In this document: positions 1 through 12,156 of the stretch, piece after piece
Layout of the letters: the number at the start of each line of letters is the position of its first letter
How positions within the stretch are numbered: the first letter of the stretch is position 1
Assembly: GCA_010093605.1 (NCBI GenBank)
Contig: MU004181.1
Span: forward strand, 1,488,001 to 1,552,000
Length of the DNA stretch: 64,000 nucleotides
Source: Lophium mytilinum
Taxonomy: Eukaryota
Direction: 5' to 3'
The notes under the pieces: generated by a model
What the model was told of the DNA's origin: nothing
Seen by the model: only the letters and a program-made list of their open reading frames with translations
The model's database searches: none
Program-made: the position numbers and the translations under genes

Positions 1-768
1 CTCCAGCAGCTCTGTCCAGCGCTGCCCATCTGCCCAGCACCGCGATTGCAGTCAATGTGCACCGAAGGCGCATTCAGCCGGTGGACTGCTGCACTCCCGG
101 CTCCAGCTCCTCTGCGCCCTCAGCCTCGCTGTCCCACTGCCGACTCTCGTCAAACACGCGCAGCTCAAGATCCGTCCATCCCGTAGCCTCCAGCCCAGCT
201 CCTGCCCAGCTCCTCACCACCACCAAACCCTCCTCCTGCCGCCCATCGCCCGCGCCGCTGGCCTCCATCGCCCGCATCGCCTCCGCGTGCCTCCAACGCC
301 CCGATCCGCTTCCGGGGTGCTTTTGCTTGGAGCACCAAAGCACAGATCACCGCCCGGTGGCTACTGCACCTCGCCGCCAGGCCGCTCGACCTCCAAACAG
401 CCCACGGCGGACATCGCGACCACTCGTCTGGACCCTGAAAGACGACTTGATCTCGCCGGCGGACCGCCTCCATTCCTTGGGCCCAGCGCTGGCGACCTGT
501 GCCAGCCTTCTGCCGCTCCGACCAGCGTCCGCGACCGCGCCGACGACCTCTCGTGAACCGCTCCATCTCTCTGCCGGCGGGCCTCCCGCTTCCGTCGCGG
601 GCGTGACCCACGGCCTGCATTCTTCTGCGGCTTCAGCACTGAGACCGTGTCTCTGCCGTGCCCACCGCGCCCTCCCTTGCGACGCGACCAGCCGCCGTCT
701 GCCAGCTTTGTTCTCGACACCAACCTCACCTCCTCCGCGGCTGAGTGCCGCTGCACCGCATCGCCACC

Positions 769-2099
769 ATGGGTCTCTGCATGAGCACAAACAACGAGGA
801 TGTGGAGCAGAAGAAGCGCAGTCAGGCCATTGACCGCAAGCTCGAGGAGGATTCCCGACGACTGCGACGCGAGTGCAAGATCTTGCTGCTAGGTACCACC
901 GCCCGCTCTGGCGCATTGATTGCACATTGCACATTCTAACTAGCCGTCTTGTAGGATCCGGAGAGAGTGGCAAGTCGACCATCGTCAAGCAGATGAAGAT
1001 TATCCACCAGAATGGCTACACAATGGACGAGCTGGCCCAGTACCGCCTTACCATATACAAGAATGTCATAGACTGCGCCAAGTCTCTGATCGGCGCCATG
1101 CGACAGTTCGACGTTCAGCCTGAAGACCCTGGGACTGAAGACTACTGCAACTACTTGATGGACTATGTGGTGGACCCGGACCCCGAAAAGCCTCTAGAAT
1201 ACAAGGTTGGGCAGGCCATCACCTGCCTATGGCGCGACCCTTGTGCGCAAAAGGTCCTCGAGCACTCCAGCGAATTCTACCTGATGGATTCTGCACCATA
1301 GTACGTCCGCTGCACCTTCTGCAGCCTCGCCTGCTAACACATGCAGCTTCTTCGACGAAGTAAACCGGATAGCGTCGCCGGACTATATTCCACAAGAATC
1401 AGACGTGCTGAGGGCGCGAACGAAAACGACTGGTATATACGAGACACGATTCACGATGGGGCAATTAAGCATACAGTGCGTTGGCCATAGTATATTCAAG
1501 AAAACTGGCTAACAAAAGGACAGTATGTTCGATGTTGGAGGCCAGCGGAGCGAGAGAAAGAAATGGATACATTGCTTCGAGAACGTCACGTCAATCATCT
1601 TTTGCGTAGCGCTCAGCGAGTACGACCAAGTGCTGCTAGAAGAGAGCAGCCAGGTAAGACTTCCGCCATGCTTGTATTTGCAGTGCTGATCATCATCACC
1701 AGAATCGGATGATGGAAAGTCTCGTCCTATTTGACTCGGTTGTGAATTCGAGATGGTTCATGCGGACAAGTATAATATTGTTCCTCAATAAGGTCGATCT
1801 TTTCAAGGCGAAGCTAGCACGGTCGCCCCTGGGCAACTACTTCCCAGACTATTCAGGCGGTAACGACGTGAACCGGGCAGCGAAATACCTTCTGTGGAGG
1901 TTCAACCAGGTCAATCGCGCGCATCTAAACCTATACCCTCAGTAAGCGATCCTGTCACATGAAATCGGCGCACTCTTTTCACATGCTAATCAGGAGCAGT
2001 CTCACTCAAGCCACCGATACCTCAAACATCCGACTTGTGTTCGCGGCTGTCAAAGAGACGATTCTTCAAAATGCGTTGAAAGACTCAGGCATTCTATGA
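769..2099 (+). CDS. ganB: Heterotrimeric G-protein alpha subunit, fungal group III (GanB/GpaB/GNA-3 type); 6 exons
   Basis: MGLCMS myristoylation/palmitoylation start; [15 protein letters not shown]-loop, [30 protein letters not shown], and C-terminus [10 protein letters not shown]. Introns 893-954, 1301-1346, 1476-1523, 1654-1702 and 1942-1999 (all GT-AG) join one frame. Confidence 0.96.
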
Positions 2100-4023
2100 C
2101 CTCGGCCTTATGTCCCTTTTCTTTCGCATGTCTTTCTTCCACGAACTACCGCTCTGTGCATACCCATCCACCTGCACTCCCATCGACACCTCTTGCACCT
2201 TCGCCGATTTCATCATTCCTACGACATACCGCCATCACGACATGACCTTCCGTCCTCGCTGCGTAATATCAAGCACATCTGGAGGTCACGAGCCGGGATC
2301 TGGGACAGTCGATTTGTCTCCTTTTTCGAGCGCAGCATTGGAGTCTAGGCGTTATTCGGAAGGGGCTCCATCGGGACATATCCCCTGGCCGGTGTCAAAT
2401 TTCTCCACACAGACCCCAGGGTAGCATTCCTGGGGAAACGGGGGACAAGGTTGTTGGCTCCGCTTTCCCCACATCAATGCCGTCCTTGTTCTGCCAAATT
2501 TCTTCTTATCTCTTTTTATATTTTTCCAAAACAAAAAGTCCGCATGAGATCTTTATATACCGCGCGTATGCTGCTCAAATAACTTATTTCCATGTGAGTG
2601 AGGGGGGATGCGCCAAACCTAATTCCGCGAGGAACACTTAACTCGCCCTTTTTCTTCTCTGTGCACTGGTGTGTGTTTTCGCGGTTCGTTTTTCCCACGT
2701 CCACGAACTTTGTTTCATTGCGTGTCACGGGGCGAAATTATGTTGTTACTTGTACTCTTATCAGTCTCTCTTTGAGTTGCCACGCTGCGACGTCCATACC
2801 TATACACACAACAACTCGGGCTCTTTTTACTCTTTCAAATCTCGTTTTTCCCATCGGTTGGTTATTCGTTCTTACCGCTTTTAGCGATGCGCTTTGTATT
2901 CACGGCAGGAGTGGTCGGGCTCTGAACCGGATTTCTTCCTTTCTCTTTCTCTTTCTCTTCCTCTCCGCAACCGTGCGGGTGTCGGGTAGAGTACCTGGGG
3001 CTTTTGTGTTTATCTACTAGGATCGGCGGCGGGGGGATTCACCGTGGGGATGGGGGAATGTGTTACGCAGGCCTCGGAGATATGAGGGGCTTTTGGATTG
3101 GATATATGAAGAGTGGCCGGTTTGTTGCAATAGCTGGGGTATCTAGTGCTGCAATGTTTAGGGGGTTAGAGATAGACACGAAATGAGACAGCGTACTGTT
3201 CGTGTGGGTGGTGTCGTGGACTGATCTCTGATGTTCGATTTGCTGAGGTGTCTTGAAGAGGCCTCTGTGCCGTCTCTTTGCGTAGAGAGTGCGTACGGAA
3301 AGATCGACTTCGTCAGACTCGGTTCAAGATAGGAGAAACATGGTAGATTCGGGGTGTTTTCTGGACTGTGGGGGCGGGAACAGTCGTGCTTACCGGAGTA
3401 GTGAGCCGCCGAGACCAATAAGGAAGCAAGGGTGACAATTGACTTAAGCGGTTCGGGTTTCTACATATTCATTCTTAAATGCTCTAGCTCGAGAAAGCTA
3501 CACATCTTATGCTGCATCAAATCCTACGTACCCCATACCATCTCATCCTCTACAAGCCCTTCCATCTCGAAGCCTCGTTTCTCGCTGCATACGAACTAGG
3601 TACAAAACATGGCTCGTAAGCTCAGCGCGTCAGCAATCTGAAATCAATATAACGGTCTGACAACTGCCTTTAACATAGCCACGGTGAGCGAGCGGGGTTG
3701 GTTGCTCATTACGATTCATTTCACATCTGCTGGAAGGATTCCGGAGTTCGGAGACGCTGCTGTTTGGAGCAATGCTTCCTTGAACCCCTGAGGTTAGCAC
3801 GCGGATATGGATAGTCTCGTGATGGCGCCCTCCGCCCATGAATTGACTCGAAGGGAGAAGCCGTCGTACTAGAGAGAAACATGTAAGCGAGCCGCCTAGC
3901 GGGGAGGGGCAGGGAATGTGGAATTCTGACGGTTTTGGAGGTCGGTGGATTTACAAATGTACATGGGGCATAATTTGATTTAGATGTTTAGTTACATATG
4001 CTATAGAGTAAAAGCTCCAATTA

Positions 4024-4185
4024 ACGTCATTCATACACAAGCGAGATTCACCCCCACCGAGCATTGGTAGAGGATTTTGCAAGAAGATCCAGCAACGCTG
4101 AAAAGACTTTGGACTAAAGTCTCGGCCCCCCAGATCCTCACCAATTCTCGGTGGTGGGTGATTCTCGCTTGTGTGTGAACAACGC
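4024..4185. mobile_element. MITE copy 1 (pogo/Fot1-like Tc1-mariner non-autonomous element), ~162 bp
   Basis: ~50-bp imperfect terminal inverted repeats (ACGTCATTCATACACAAGCGAGATTCACCCCCACCGAGCATTGGT ... ACCAATTCTCGGTGGTGGGTGATTCTCGCTTGTGTGTGAACAACGC). Left end is TA-ACGT; right end is decayed. Homologous to 11996-12156 in opposite orientation. Confidence 0.8.
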
Positions 4186-5435
4186 TCCAAAGAAGGACTA
4201 GCCGCTTAGGTTAAAGTTGCGCTTTTGCAGTCACATGAAAATCATTTAGAATTCACGTGCAGCGAAATATCATGGTACTTATTGCCCTCGAATCAATGCT
4301 TGGAAACTGCATCGGTAACGACAGCGGGCCGTTTGAAGTGTTCCACGAATTCGTTCAGGGGTGCGGCCCAGGCCGCACTTGGAATCCCCTGGATCTATTC
4401 CGTCCAAGTCTTAAGCCACTATTGCAACCTTCAAAACAAGTTCCCGGTATGAAAAGATACGACCTGTAACGTTTTTACCGACCGTCATTGTATTCAACTC
4501 AAACTTTCATATCTAAAAGCGCTACCAACGTTGATCAAAGAATTGTACTTTTTGCCCGCCTATGGCTGTCCAAGATACTTCTAAACGCTACTGCAGGTTT
4601 CCTCAAACACCCAGCTACCGATGTGCCTCCCAAAGAGCATGAAGCACTTCTGCAATGACCTAGCAACTGTGTCAACACTCTTTTGATAGCCCGCGAGCGG
4701 CTTGCCTCCTGCCTACGAAGAGTACTTTAAGCTGCTGAAGTCTCAATCGCAACTATGTCTTTTACTTGTCCATCATCTAGACTTTTATACACATTTCCTG
4801 TACTTTGCAATTTTCTCCTCGGATATAGTGTAGGGCCTCCATGAGCACTGTACCTAGGCAGCGGCCTTAGCTGCGAACTTACACTCACAAACCCTAGGCA
4901 TCCATTAAGAAGAGATGGAAACCTCTCATAGTATCCCTTCCGACGAAATTATGAAGCAAAGTACCTCGATGTCTCCAGTCAGTTCCCTCCTCTCGCCCAC
5001 GGAGAAGAGAGAAATACTTATCAAATGCCGACGTTAGACTGAAGGGCCCACAGACCACTCGCGAGATATACCCAGTACCTACGTTGCAGTACATCGGACG
5101 TAGGATACAGCCAACGCTAAGGTAGAATCTGAATCATTCAATACGAATAACGGAGTCGGAAAGGCGGCAACTGCCTCAGCAGAAATGACTACTCCAGCTT
5201 CCATCCAGCGCTGGCAGAATGAGTCCATGAGGGATCAACCATATAATACCATTGGAGCTATTGAGTATCGCAATGTTATGAGGTAGGCGAGGCCAGTTGG
5301 GTTGATCGATGAAGGCAATAGGTCAAGTCTTCAATACCTGTTCAACGGGAATCATCTGGACCCAAGCATTCAAATAGAACGGATGTAACTATTTGTACAC
5401 ACTCACCAAAACCACTATCCCGCTCACCACCCAGT

Positions 5436-5837
5436 TCAGCCACAGAAATGCTGCTCATCCCAACTCCAATCCCGACACTCGCCATGAAACCCCTTGTCCT
5501 CACACGCACTCACGCAGCAGTATATATGCAGCGACGTCTTCTGCGTCCACGTGTACCGCTGGGCTCCATCATGGGTTGTGTAGACGGCCGACCCGCCTTG
5601 CGAGCTGACTTTGAAGGAGATGTGGGCCTCGCATGTTGCGATGAACCATTTGTCGACGAGATGCTACGGCCCGTCGCAGACTTTGCGGCCGAAATCGTGG
5701 ACCGTCGCGCCGATGGTGCGTCCGCCGCCGATGGCTGAGGCGGCTAGTTCGATGGTGCCTTCGGAGCGGAGGCAGGCGAGGGTAGGGCTGGCGGTGATGA
5801 GGGCTAGAGTGGTAGAGAGGAGGGGGGTGAGTTTCAT
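5436..5837 (-). pseudogene. Small secreted cysteine-rich protein (133 codons, 8 Cys) interrupted by a single in-frame TAG at codon 58; pseudogene or recoded gene
   Basis: Manual translation: MKLTPLLSTTLALITASPTLA-CLRSEGTIELAASAIGGGRTIGATVHDFGRKVCDGP*HLVDKWFIATCEAHISFKVSSQGGSAVYTTHDGAQRYTWTQKTSLHIYCCVSACEDKGFHGECRDWSWDEQHFCG*. Signal-peptide-like N-terminus. The TAG is at 5666-5664. Confidence 0.8.
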
Positions 5838-6751
5838 TGTGATGGGGCGGTGTGAAGGGTTTACGGATATGAGGATTCTGAAATGATAAAAAGGTGTGGT
5901 AGTTGGTGAGGAGGGGGGAACCCGGATTGCGCGAAATGTTTCGAGACTTTATATTTTCTCGTTAGAGAGTTGAGATATCAGTGCTCCCTACCTGTGGGGA
6001 ATGTGCGAGAGCTGCGGTGTTCCCGTATACCTCTAGTCTCTCCGCAAGATGGTATAGGCGCAGGAACAGTCTGCGAGAACGCATTGTTTTACTAGGATAT
6101 CTAAGAACATACGAAACCCACATCCGTCCCCAGAAAGCATTGCTTGTTATCTTTTGGGGGTTACGAACAGCCACTGAGCGGCGCGTGATGTTGTTCCTCT
6201 CAACGACCCAATCGCGGAATGAGACCCAATCTGTTACGTCTGTGTTGCCTCGCAGCTAAGTAGACGAGTACGAGAAGCCAAGGCCATGCTTTTCTTCTTA
6301 CCGGAACAGGCGAACTCGCTCCACAATGAAGGCATACTCTTCTTAGGAATTTCTATCACCCAAATCATCATGAATTTTACTAGTGCCTTTTTCAACTCTT
6401 AGCATGACGCGTTCGAAATGGCTACGCATTCCCATGATTCTTGTATGTACATACCATAGTGAACATGAGATGATACTCTCGCGTAAGTGGTCCAGGTTTA
6501 CAGCTGCCTATATGACCAGCACCAGCCGACAATGCACGACCTGTATGGTAGATCTAGCGCCTCCCGAAAGATCCCGTCTCGCTTAACCCCTCCTACTTCG
6601 TGCCGTAGTTCAGGGACAGCTGGGTCGAGACTGGTCTGAAAGACGCGGATGATTTGCGCAGCCCATATTTTATCCCAATGTGTCGACTTAGATCTCGGGC
6701 TTCGTTCCCGTTGCAGTTGAGGATAGTGCCCTTGGCCTCTCCTTCTGGCCT

Positions 6752-8394
6752 CTATTCCCGCTCAACTCCCAACAACACAGCTAATGCGTGATAACCGCCC
6801 GCCGTATCAATAATGCTCGCCGCCCATTCCTCCACCGCTGGTGTGTCTCTTTCAGTCGGGAATCTGCTTCCTGCAAACTCGAGTTTCATCGCATTCACCA
6901 CAATCCCTAACATCGTCTTCGCGTTCATCAAACCTTCTTGTCTTGATAGCTTGGAAAGCGTGTTGAGGGCGCGATGACGAAGTGGTGCATCGCGGCATTT
7001 TACTGCGAGCAGGAAGAGCGGCATGACGACTCCTATGTCGCAGGAGACGCTTCTCGGCAGCAAGTTGTTTGCGTCGTCGTTACTGGAGGACTGGAAGAAT
7101 AGGAACAACTCGATCTCGGATAATAGTGTTCGAAGCTGCATGTCGAGAGCTGGCTCCTCCGCGGGCTGGGGATACGAAAACGACAGCATGGCGACACAGA
7201 TGCTGTAAGAGAGCCGCATGAACGACATGGTCTTCATAAGTCCGACGGCTCTAGGCTCGGTAGCTTTTGAACGTGCACTTTGAGTGAGTTCTTGGAAAGC
7301 AGTATCCCAGCGAGCAAATTGTATCTGGAGCGCGTCTAGCTCGAGCGAAACGCTATAAGGCATGGCTCTAGGCGGGAGGGACTTGTATTGCGTGTGGCCA
7401 ATGAGGAAACGGAGAAGCCAGTTTTGCAAAGTTTCTAATGTTTCCTGAGCTTCTACCGGAGACTGGAAGTGTGAAGGAGTACAGTCCGACTGTCCGGAGG
7501 CTACCTCCTTTGAAACCAAAGCAAAAGTGGGCATCCGATGGTCGTTGAAGACGGAGAGCTGCATATCGAGACGAATGAGAGTTGCTCGCAGGGTGTCTAT
7601 ATTCGTTTCGACATTCGAAGTTCGGTTTAGAAGTTCTGTACTAGAGAGAGTTCCAGGGTACCAAGACTCGAGGAGTCCGATCCCAGTGTCTAGGTGCTTG
7701 ACTGCCCACTCATATTCGCCCCGCACGCTTTCAAAACAATGAAACAGGATGCAGCAGACCACGACAGCCTCCTTTTCCGGATCCGCATTCTGGGATAGAT
7801 AGACGCGGAAGCGGCGAAGAGCCTTATTGTACTGGGCTAGGGTGTTGCTAGAAGGGCCCTTGGGTGTGCTGCTGGTGGGATCCAAAGTCGCATACTCGCG
7901 GTGGATTGACGCCAGAGCGATGAGCACATCCCTGACAACGGGCAGCTGGAAGGCCAATTCGAAGACTAGTTGACGCCAAAAGGAAGATGACCCCGTGGAG
8001 AAGCCGCAAAGGTCCCTGGCGGCATAGATGTTGTAGTAATGGAATATCTGGCGATCGTTCTGGCTGCCTGGGATCCGAAAGGGTAGGGAGTAGAAAGACG
8101 TTGTTAGTAGACTGGGATGCTGATCACGGGGATAGCCGTCGCACTTGCGGCCAGTTTGAGAGCATCGTAGACAGTGAGGCTTAGTTTCGTCGCACTTCAC
8201 GCGGCGTGTCCTGGAGATCATTTAGGCTGTAGCCCATTCGCCACATGAAGACTAGTAGAGACAACATACTTGCAGGTGAAGCAACCCGTGCGAACTCGGA
8301 CACGGACGCGAGATGAAGCAATCGGTACCTGGTTGAGGGCCTGTTGGCTTGGAGTCGCGTAGACCAGAACAGCTGCGTCGCCGGGACGTCGCAT
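6752..8394 (-). CDS. Zn(II)2Cys6 transcription factor with fungal-specific C-terminal domain; 2 exons
   Basis: Exon 1 (8394-8270) ends RTGCFTCK. After intron 8269-8211 the frame continues TRRVKCDETKPHCLRCSQTGRKCDGY, giving a complete C6 cluster, followed by a long helical domain. Confidence 0.9.
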
Positions 8395-8912
8395 GATTGA
8401 TGATCGGCTATTTCAAGAAGGCTCTTCGGGTGATCGGGATCCGATGCAGAGCCAGGAATCCAACAGCATTATAACGAAGTGCTCAAGCAGTCAAGGGGCT
8501 GTGTTGGAGGTGTAGCGGATGCGTGGGCGCTGGGAATGCCGTGATGACGATTGAAAGGGGTAGTGCTATATAAGGTATTGTGGGGCCGAAGTAGCACGAG
8601 AATAGCCGATCTGACCAATTAGAATGCTGGCCTGCTGACCACGACCTCTATCACTTGATGTAGCATGCTTGTGCGTTTGACAAACGACCGTGGAAAGGAA
8701 GCTACCGCACTGGGAAATCTCACCGTATCCACTTGTACTATTGAAGAGTGTCATTGCACGATGCTCAGCCATGCTTATGAGAATTACCGACCAAGGCGTT
8801 CTCGCATGGATAGAAATGGGTACATAGAGACAGTATGCTGCCGGCTTAATCGGCTCTCCCTATGAGTAGAGGACGTTCCTGGAATCTTTCTCGTATTGTG
8901 TCTCGTTACAGA

Positions 8913-10890
8913 ATGGTAGATTCTCGGAGTTCTCTTTTCTGTGTGCTTTCACTCGTACTTCTGCTCCGGCAAGCAGACGCTACTCCGTCTCCTCCGCATG
9001 GAGACATGATACAGGATTGGGGACAGGTCCGTACCAATCAATTACTGTAAACACAACTGAACCTAATCATAGTAGATCGCGCCATCAGCCGAACTCAATT
9101 GGGTACCTTGCTTCAGCAATTTTACCTGTACGCGTCTAAAGGTGTGTTTCGACATTGTAGAACCTTTCTCCATTCGATCTCCAACCTTACCACCCGCAGG
9201 TCCCATTAGACTATGGAGATGCAAGTGCCGGCACCGCTGCCCTGGCCTTACTTCGCGTTTCCGCCGCCCAGCAACCTGCCGCAAACATTATCTTCAATCA
9301 AGGTCGGCTCAAACTTCTTGAACGAATAAAGGGCGAGCTGACCTCGCTTTAGGTGGCCCCGGAGGTTCAAGCGTCGACGTGCTCATTGCCAATGCTGAAG
9401 AAGCCCAAATAGCCATAGGAACTTCCTACAACATCATCGCGCTCGACCCGCGCGGCGTGGGCCACAGCGAACCGAGCATTGAGATGTTTCCCGACGATCC
9501 CGCAACGGCAGCGAGTTTCGAGTCATCCTTTTACCGCACCGTCCCAGACGCATCGTCAACAGCGCTGGTCAACCAGTACTACTCGACTGAAGCATTCGGA
9601 AAATGGTTCACGCGTGTATTGGGGGGTCCAAATGGCACCGCTCGGTACGTGAGCACTTCCGCAGCAGCGCAAGATATGCTCACATATGTCGAGGCCGAGC
9701 AGCGGGCTGCCAAAAAACCAGAAGCAGACGGAAAGCTATGGTACTATGGCATCAGTTATGGCACTATTACTGGCTCTGTCTTCGCAGCTAAGTGGCCAGA
9801 CCGGGTAGGTCGAATAGTTTTGGACGGTGTGGATGATCCAGAGGGTTATTTCACTGGCGACTGGACAAAGAACCTCGTTGACGCGGATGCCGTGGTCCGG
9901 AGCTTCTCTGAATCGTGCCATCGGGCTAGGTCGAAGAGCTGCTCGTTCTATCGTAAGACGCCTGCCGACATCACTAAAGCGCTTGATGGGGTGATCGAGA
10001 AGATCAAATGGAAGCCCGTTCCGGTCTTTAACGAGAGTATTGCAAACGCGCCACAACTAGCTACTTACGCCGACCTAAAGCGATTTCTGCTGCAATCACT
10101 GTACCGGCCCCTCAACTTCTTCCCTATTTTGGATCAAGTACTCACAGCGCTGGAGCAAGGCAATGGCAGCCCGCTACTGGCCGCAGCGGCGGCGGTTGGG
10201 CAGCTCAGTCTCACATCGGGGTGCGGTAAAGGCTTTGAGTGGGCTTCGATGAGTTCGGCTACTGCTGTTCAGTGCGTCGACTCGCATGGGAAAGGTAATC
10301 TGACGCTTGAACAGTATAAGAAGGTAAACAATGAAACCATGGGTGTGAGTGGGTACGCTGGAGATGCGTGGAGCTGGAACGCGATCATCTGCAAGAATGT
10401 GGAGGTCAAGCCACCTAGGAGTGCGACTTTCGGAGGTGAGTGGTCGGAGAAGGCTCTTGAATCTAGACGAAGGCTTCAGTGGCTGACTTGTCGATATCGT
10501 AGACTTGCTCCCTCCATCTGCGAAGCTCGATTTCCCCATGCTCTTGCTCTCGACCAAGTTCGATCCCGTCTGTCCACTACGGAAGTAAGTCATCCATTTG
10601 CCTCGCAATATGGTGTGGTTCCAGCTGACCCTAAACAATAGTGCCCAAAAGATGGCGAAGTGCTTCCCAGGCTCGGTCGTTGTGACTATAAATGCAGCAG
10701 GGGTACGTTCATACTCGATTGCGTTCTTTGAGGTTTTTTGATGCCTTGCGGTGGCTAACGATGCTGACAGCACTCCTCCTTTGCGGCGCCGTCTACCTGC
10801 GTTATGAAGCATGTCGCAGAATACTTGGGCGGCAAGATGCCTAAGAAGGATATCATGTGCGAAGCGGATTTGCAACCCTTTGAGAGCTAG
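8913..10890 (+). CDS. Secreted alpha/beta-hydrolase (TAP-like tripeptidyl aminopeptidase/proteinase family); ~7 exons
   Basis: Signal peptide MVDSRSSLFCVLSLVLLLRQADA; CTRLKVPLDY, NQGGPGGS, DPRGVG, nucleophile elbow GISYG, DPVCP and catalytic GH across GT-AG introns; stop TAG at 10888-10890. Confidence 0.88.
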
Positions 10891-11856
10891 ATATTGCGGA
10901 GTCTGGGGGCTAGATATTATTCACTTCGACTCAACGTCGAGTGCAAGCCTATAGTTGCCTGTAAATATTGCGGATTCCCTTCTTTTCTCCCTCGTACTGT
11001 GTATACTATAGTAGTCATAGAAATTGGAACCAGGACTCAATCAAAAAACGTCCTTACCAAAATCTCGCCTATGCCAATCGTGATATTGTCGGGGCTCCGA
11101 CTCGCCCAGTCAAGCCATCCAACGGTCTTAAATCAACTCTATAGATTCCGACTCTATCAGTTCCAACATCATACGTTTCAACTCTCTATCCCACTCTATA
11201 GATTCCAACTCCATCGTTGGATGAAACTAGTCGGATTCGAACTCCTCACAGCTCTTCCATCAAACAACCGAATTTCGCGAGATGATGTTCAAGTTTGATC
11301 TCGCTAATGAAAGATCAGTTTGTGGCATGGTGGTACACTAACGTCTCCCCGAACTTCCTTCCACTCAACTTGACGGTGTGCCTGTAGTGCTAGTGAGAAT
11401 TCGAGGAGTGATCGCAAGAAAGACGAGAGGGTGGTGATTTTGGGGAGAAAGAAGAGGCCACAAGGCGAGTATCGCCCTAACGGCACAAGGCAACTTCTAT
11501 CCTGACGGCTCGAGGCCGTCGGCGTAGAGATTATCTTGCGTTCACAGGCGTTAAGATTAGTGTTTTGGGAGAAAGGGCGAGGCGAATATGTTACCAACAC
11601 AGCACCAACACGTTTCTCTGTAATCTGAGGAACCTTGGAGCCATTGATGACAGGACCGAAAATAATACCCCGCAAGCCAAGGCCCGTGCACGGCCAATAT
11701 CTCCACACTGATTTATGTGCCATTAGTGTCAATGAACGCACAACAGAGGTAGCAGGGGCGTGAATTCCAAAATTGAGGATGGTAGAATTTAGAACGGTCG
11801 GTTGACAAGCCCTCATATAACGAACTAACACGTCTCTACTCAAAATAAACAGCACA

Positions 11857-11936
11857 GACTGAGTGGTTTAGTGGTAAAATTAGCCGTTGCCATGTGCACT
11901 ATCGGCTAGCCCCGGGTTCGATTCCCGGCTCAGTCA
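11857..11936 (+). tRNA. tRNA-Gly (GCC) with a 9-nt intron (11893-11901)
   Basis: Acceptor stem GACTGAG/CTCAGTC plus A73; D arm GTTT-AGTGGTA-AAAT; anticodon stem AGCCG/CGGCT with TT-GCC-A; T arm CCGGG-TTCGATT-CCCGG; downstream T-run (Pol III terminator). Confidence 0.92.
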
Positions 11937-11945
11937 ATCGTCTTC

Positions 11946-11951
11946 TTTTTT
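11946..11951 (+). terminator. RNA polymerase III oligo-dT terminator of the tRNA gene
   Basis: TTTTTT about 10 nt after the tRNA 3' end. Confidence 0.7.
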
Positions 11952-11995
11952 GCTCTGTGCCGGTGTGTGGATGCTTCTCTTTTGGGCACCAACTA

Positions 11996-12156
11996 ACGTT
12001 GTTAACCGGCGAGCAAGAATCACCAACCACCGAGAATTGGTGAGGATTTGAGGGACTGGGACGCTAGTCTAAATGTTGCTAAGCGTGACCAGATTTGCTC
12101 GCGAAATACTCCACCAATTCTCCGGTAGGTGATCTCCGGAGGCCGGTGAACGACGT
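11996..12156. mobile_element. MITE copy 2 (same family as 4024-4185), TA target-site duplication, ACGT termini
   Basis: TA|ACGTTGTTAACCGGC...GAATCACCAACCACCGAGAATTGGTG ... CACCAATTCTCCGGTAGGTGATCTCCGGAGGCCGGTGAACGACGT|TA. The internal spacer aligns by eye to the reverse complement of the copy 1 spacer. Confidence 0.85.

Noticed and set aside
57..833. 258-aa ORF overlapping the G-alpha start
   Set aside because: Non-ATG start, low-complexity Pro/Ser/Arg translation of a C-rich leader, and out of frame with the real CDS.
2097..2350. Stop-codon readthrough extension of G-alpha (TGA-C context)
   Set aside because: Not the TGA-CTA motif, no PTS1 at the next stop, and the conserved G-alpha C-terminus must stay free for receptor coupling.
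4200..5390. Possible relic coding sequence right of MITE copy 1
   Set aside because: Short open stretches with many stops; no family recognised.
10894..11855. ORFs of 134 and 183 aa and a repeated ACTCTATAGATTCC motif upstream of the tRNA
   Set aside because: No recognisable domain, TIR pair or LTR. May be decayed repeat DNA, but this cannot be supported.
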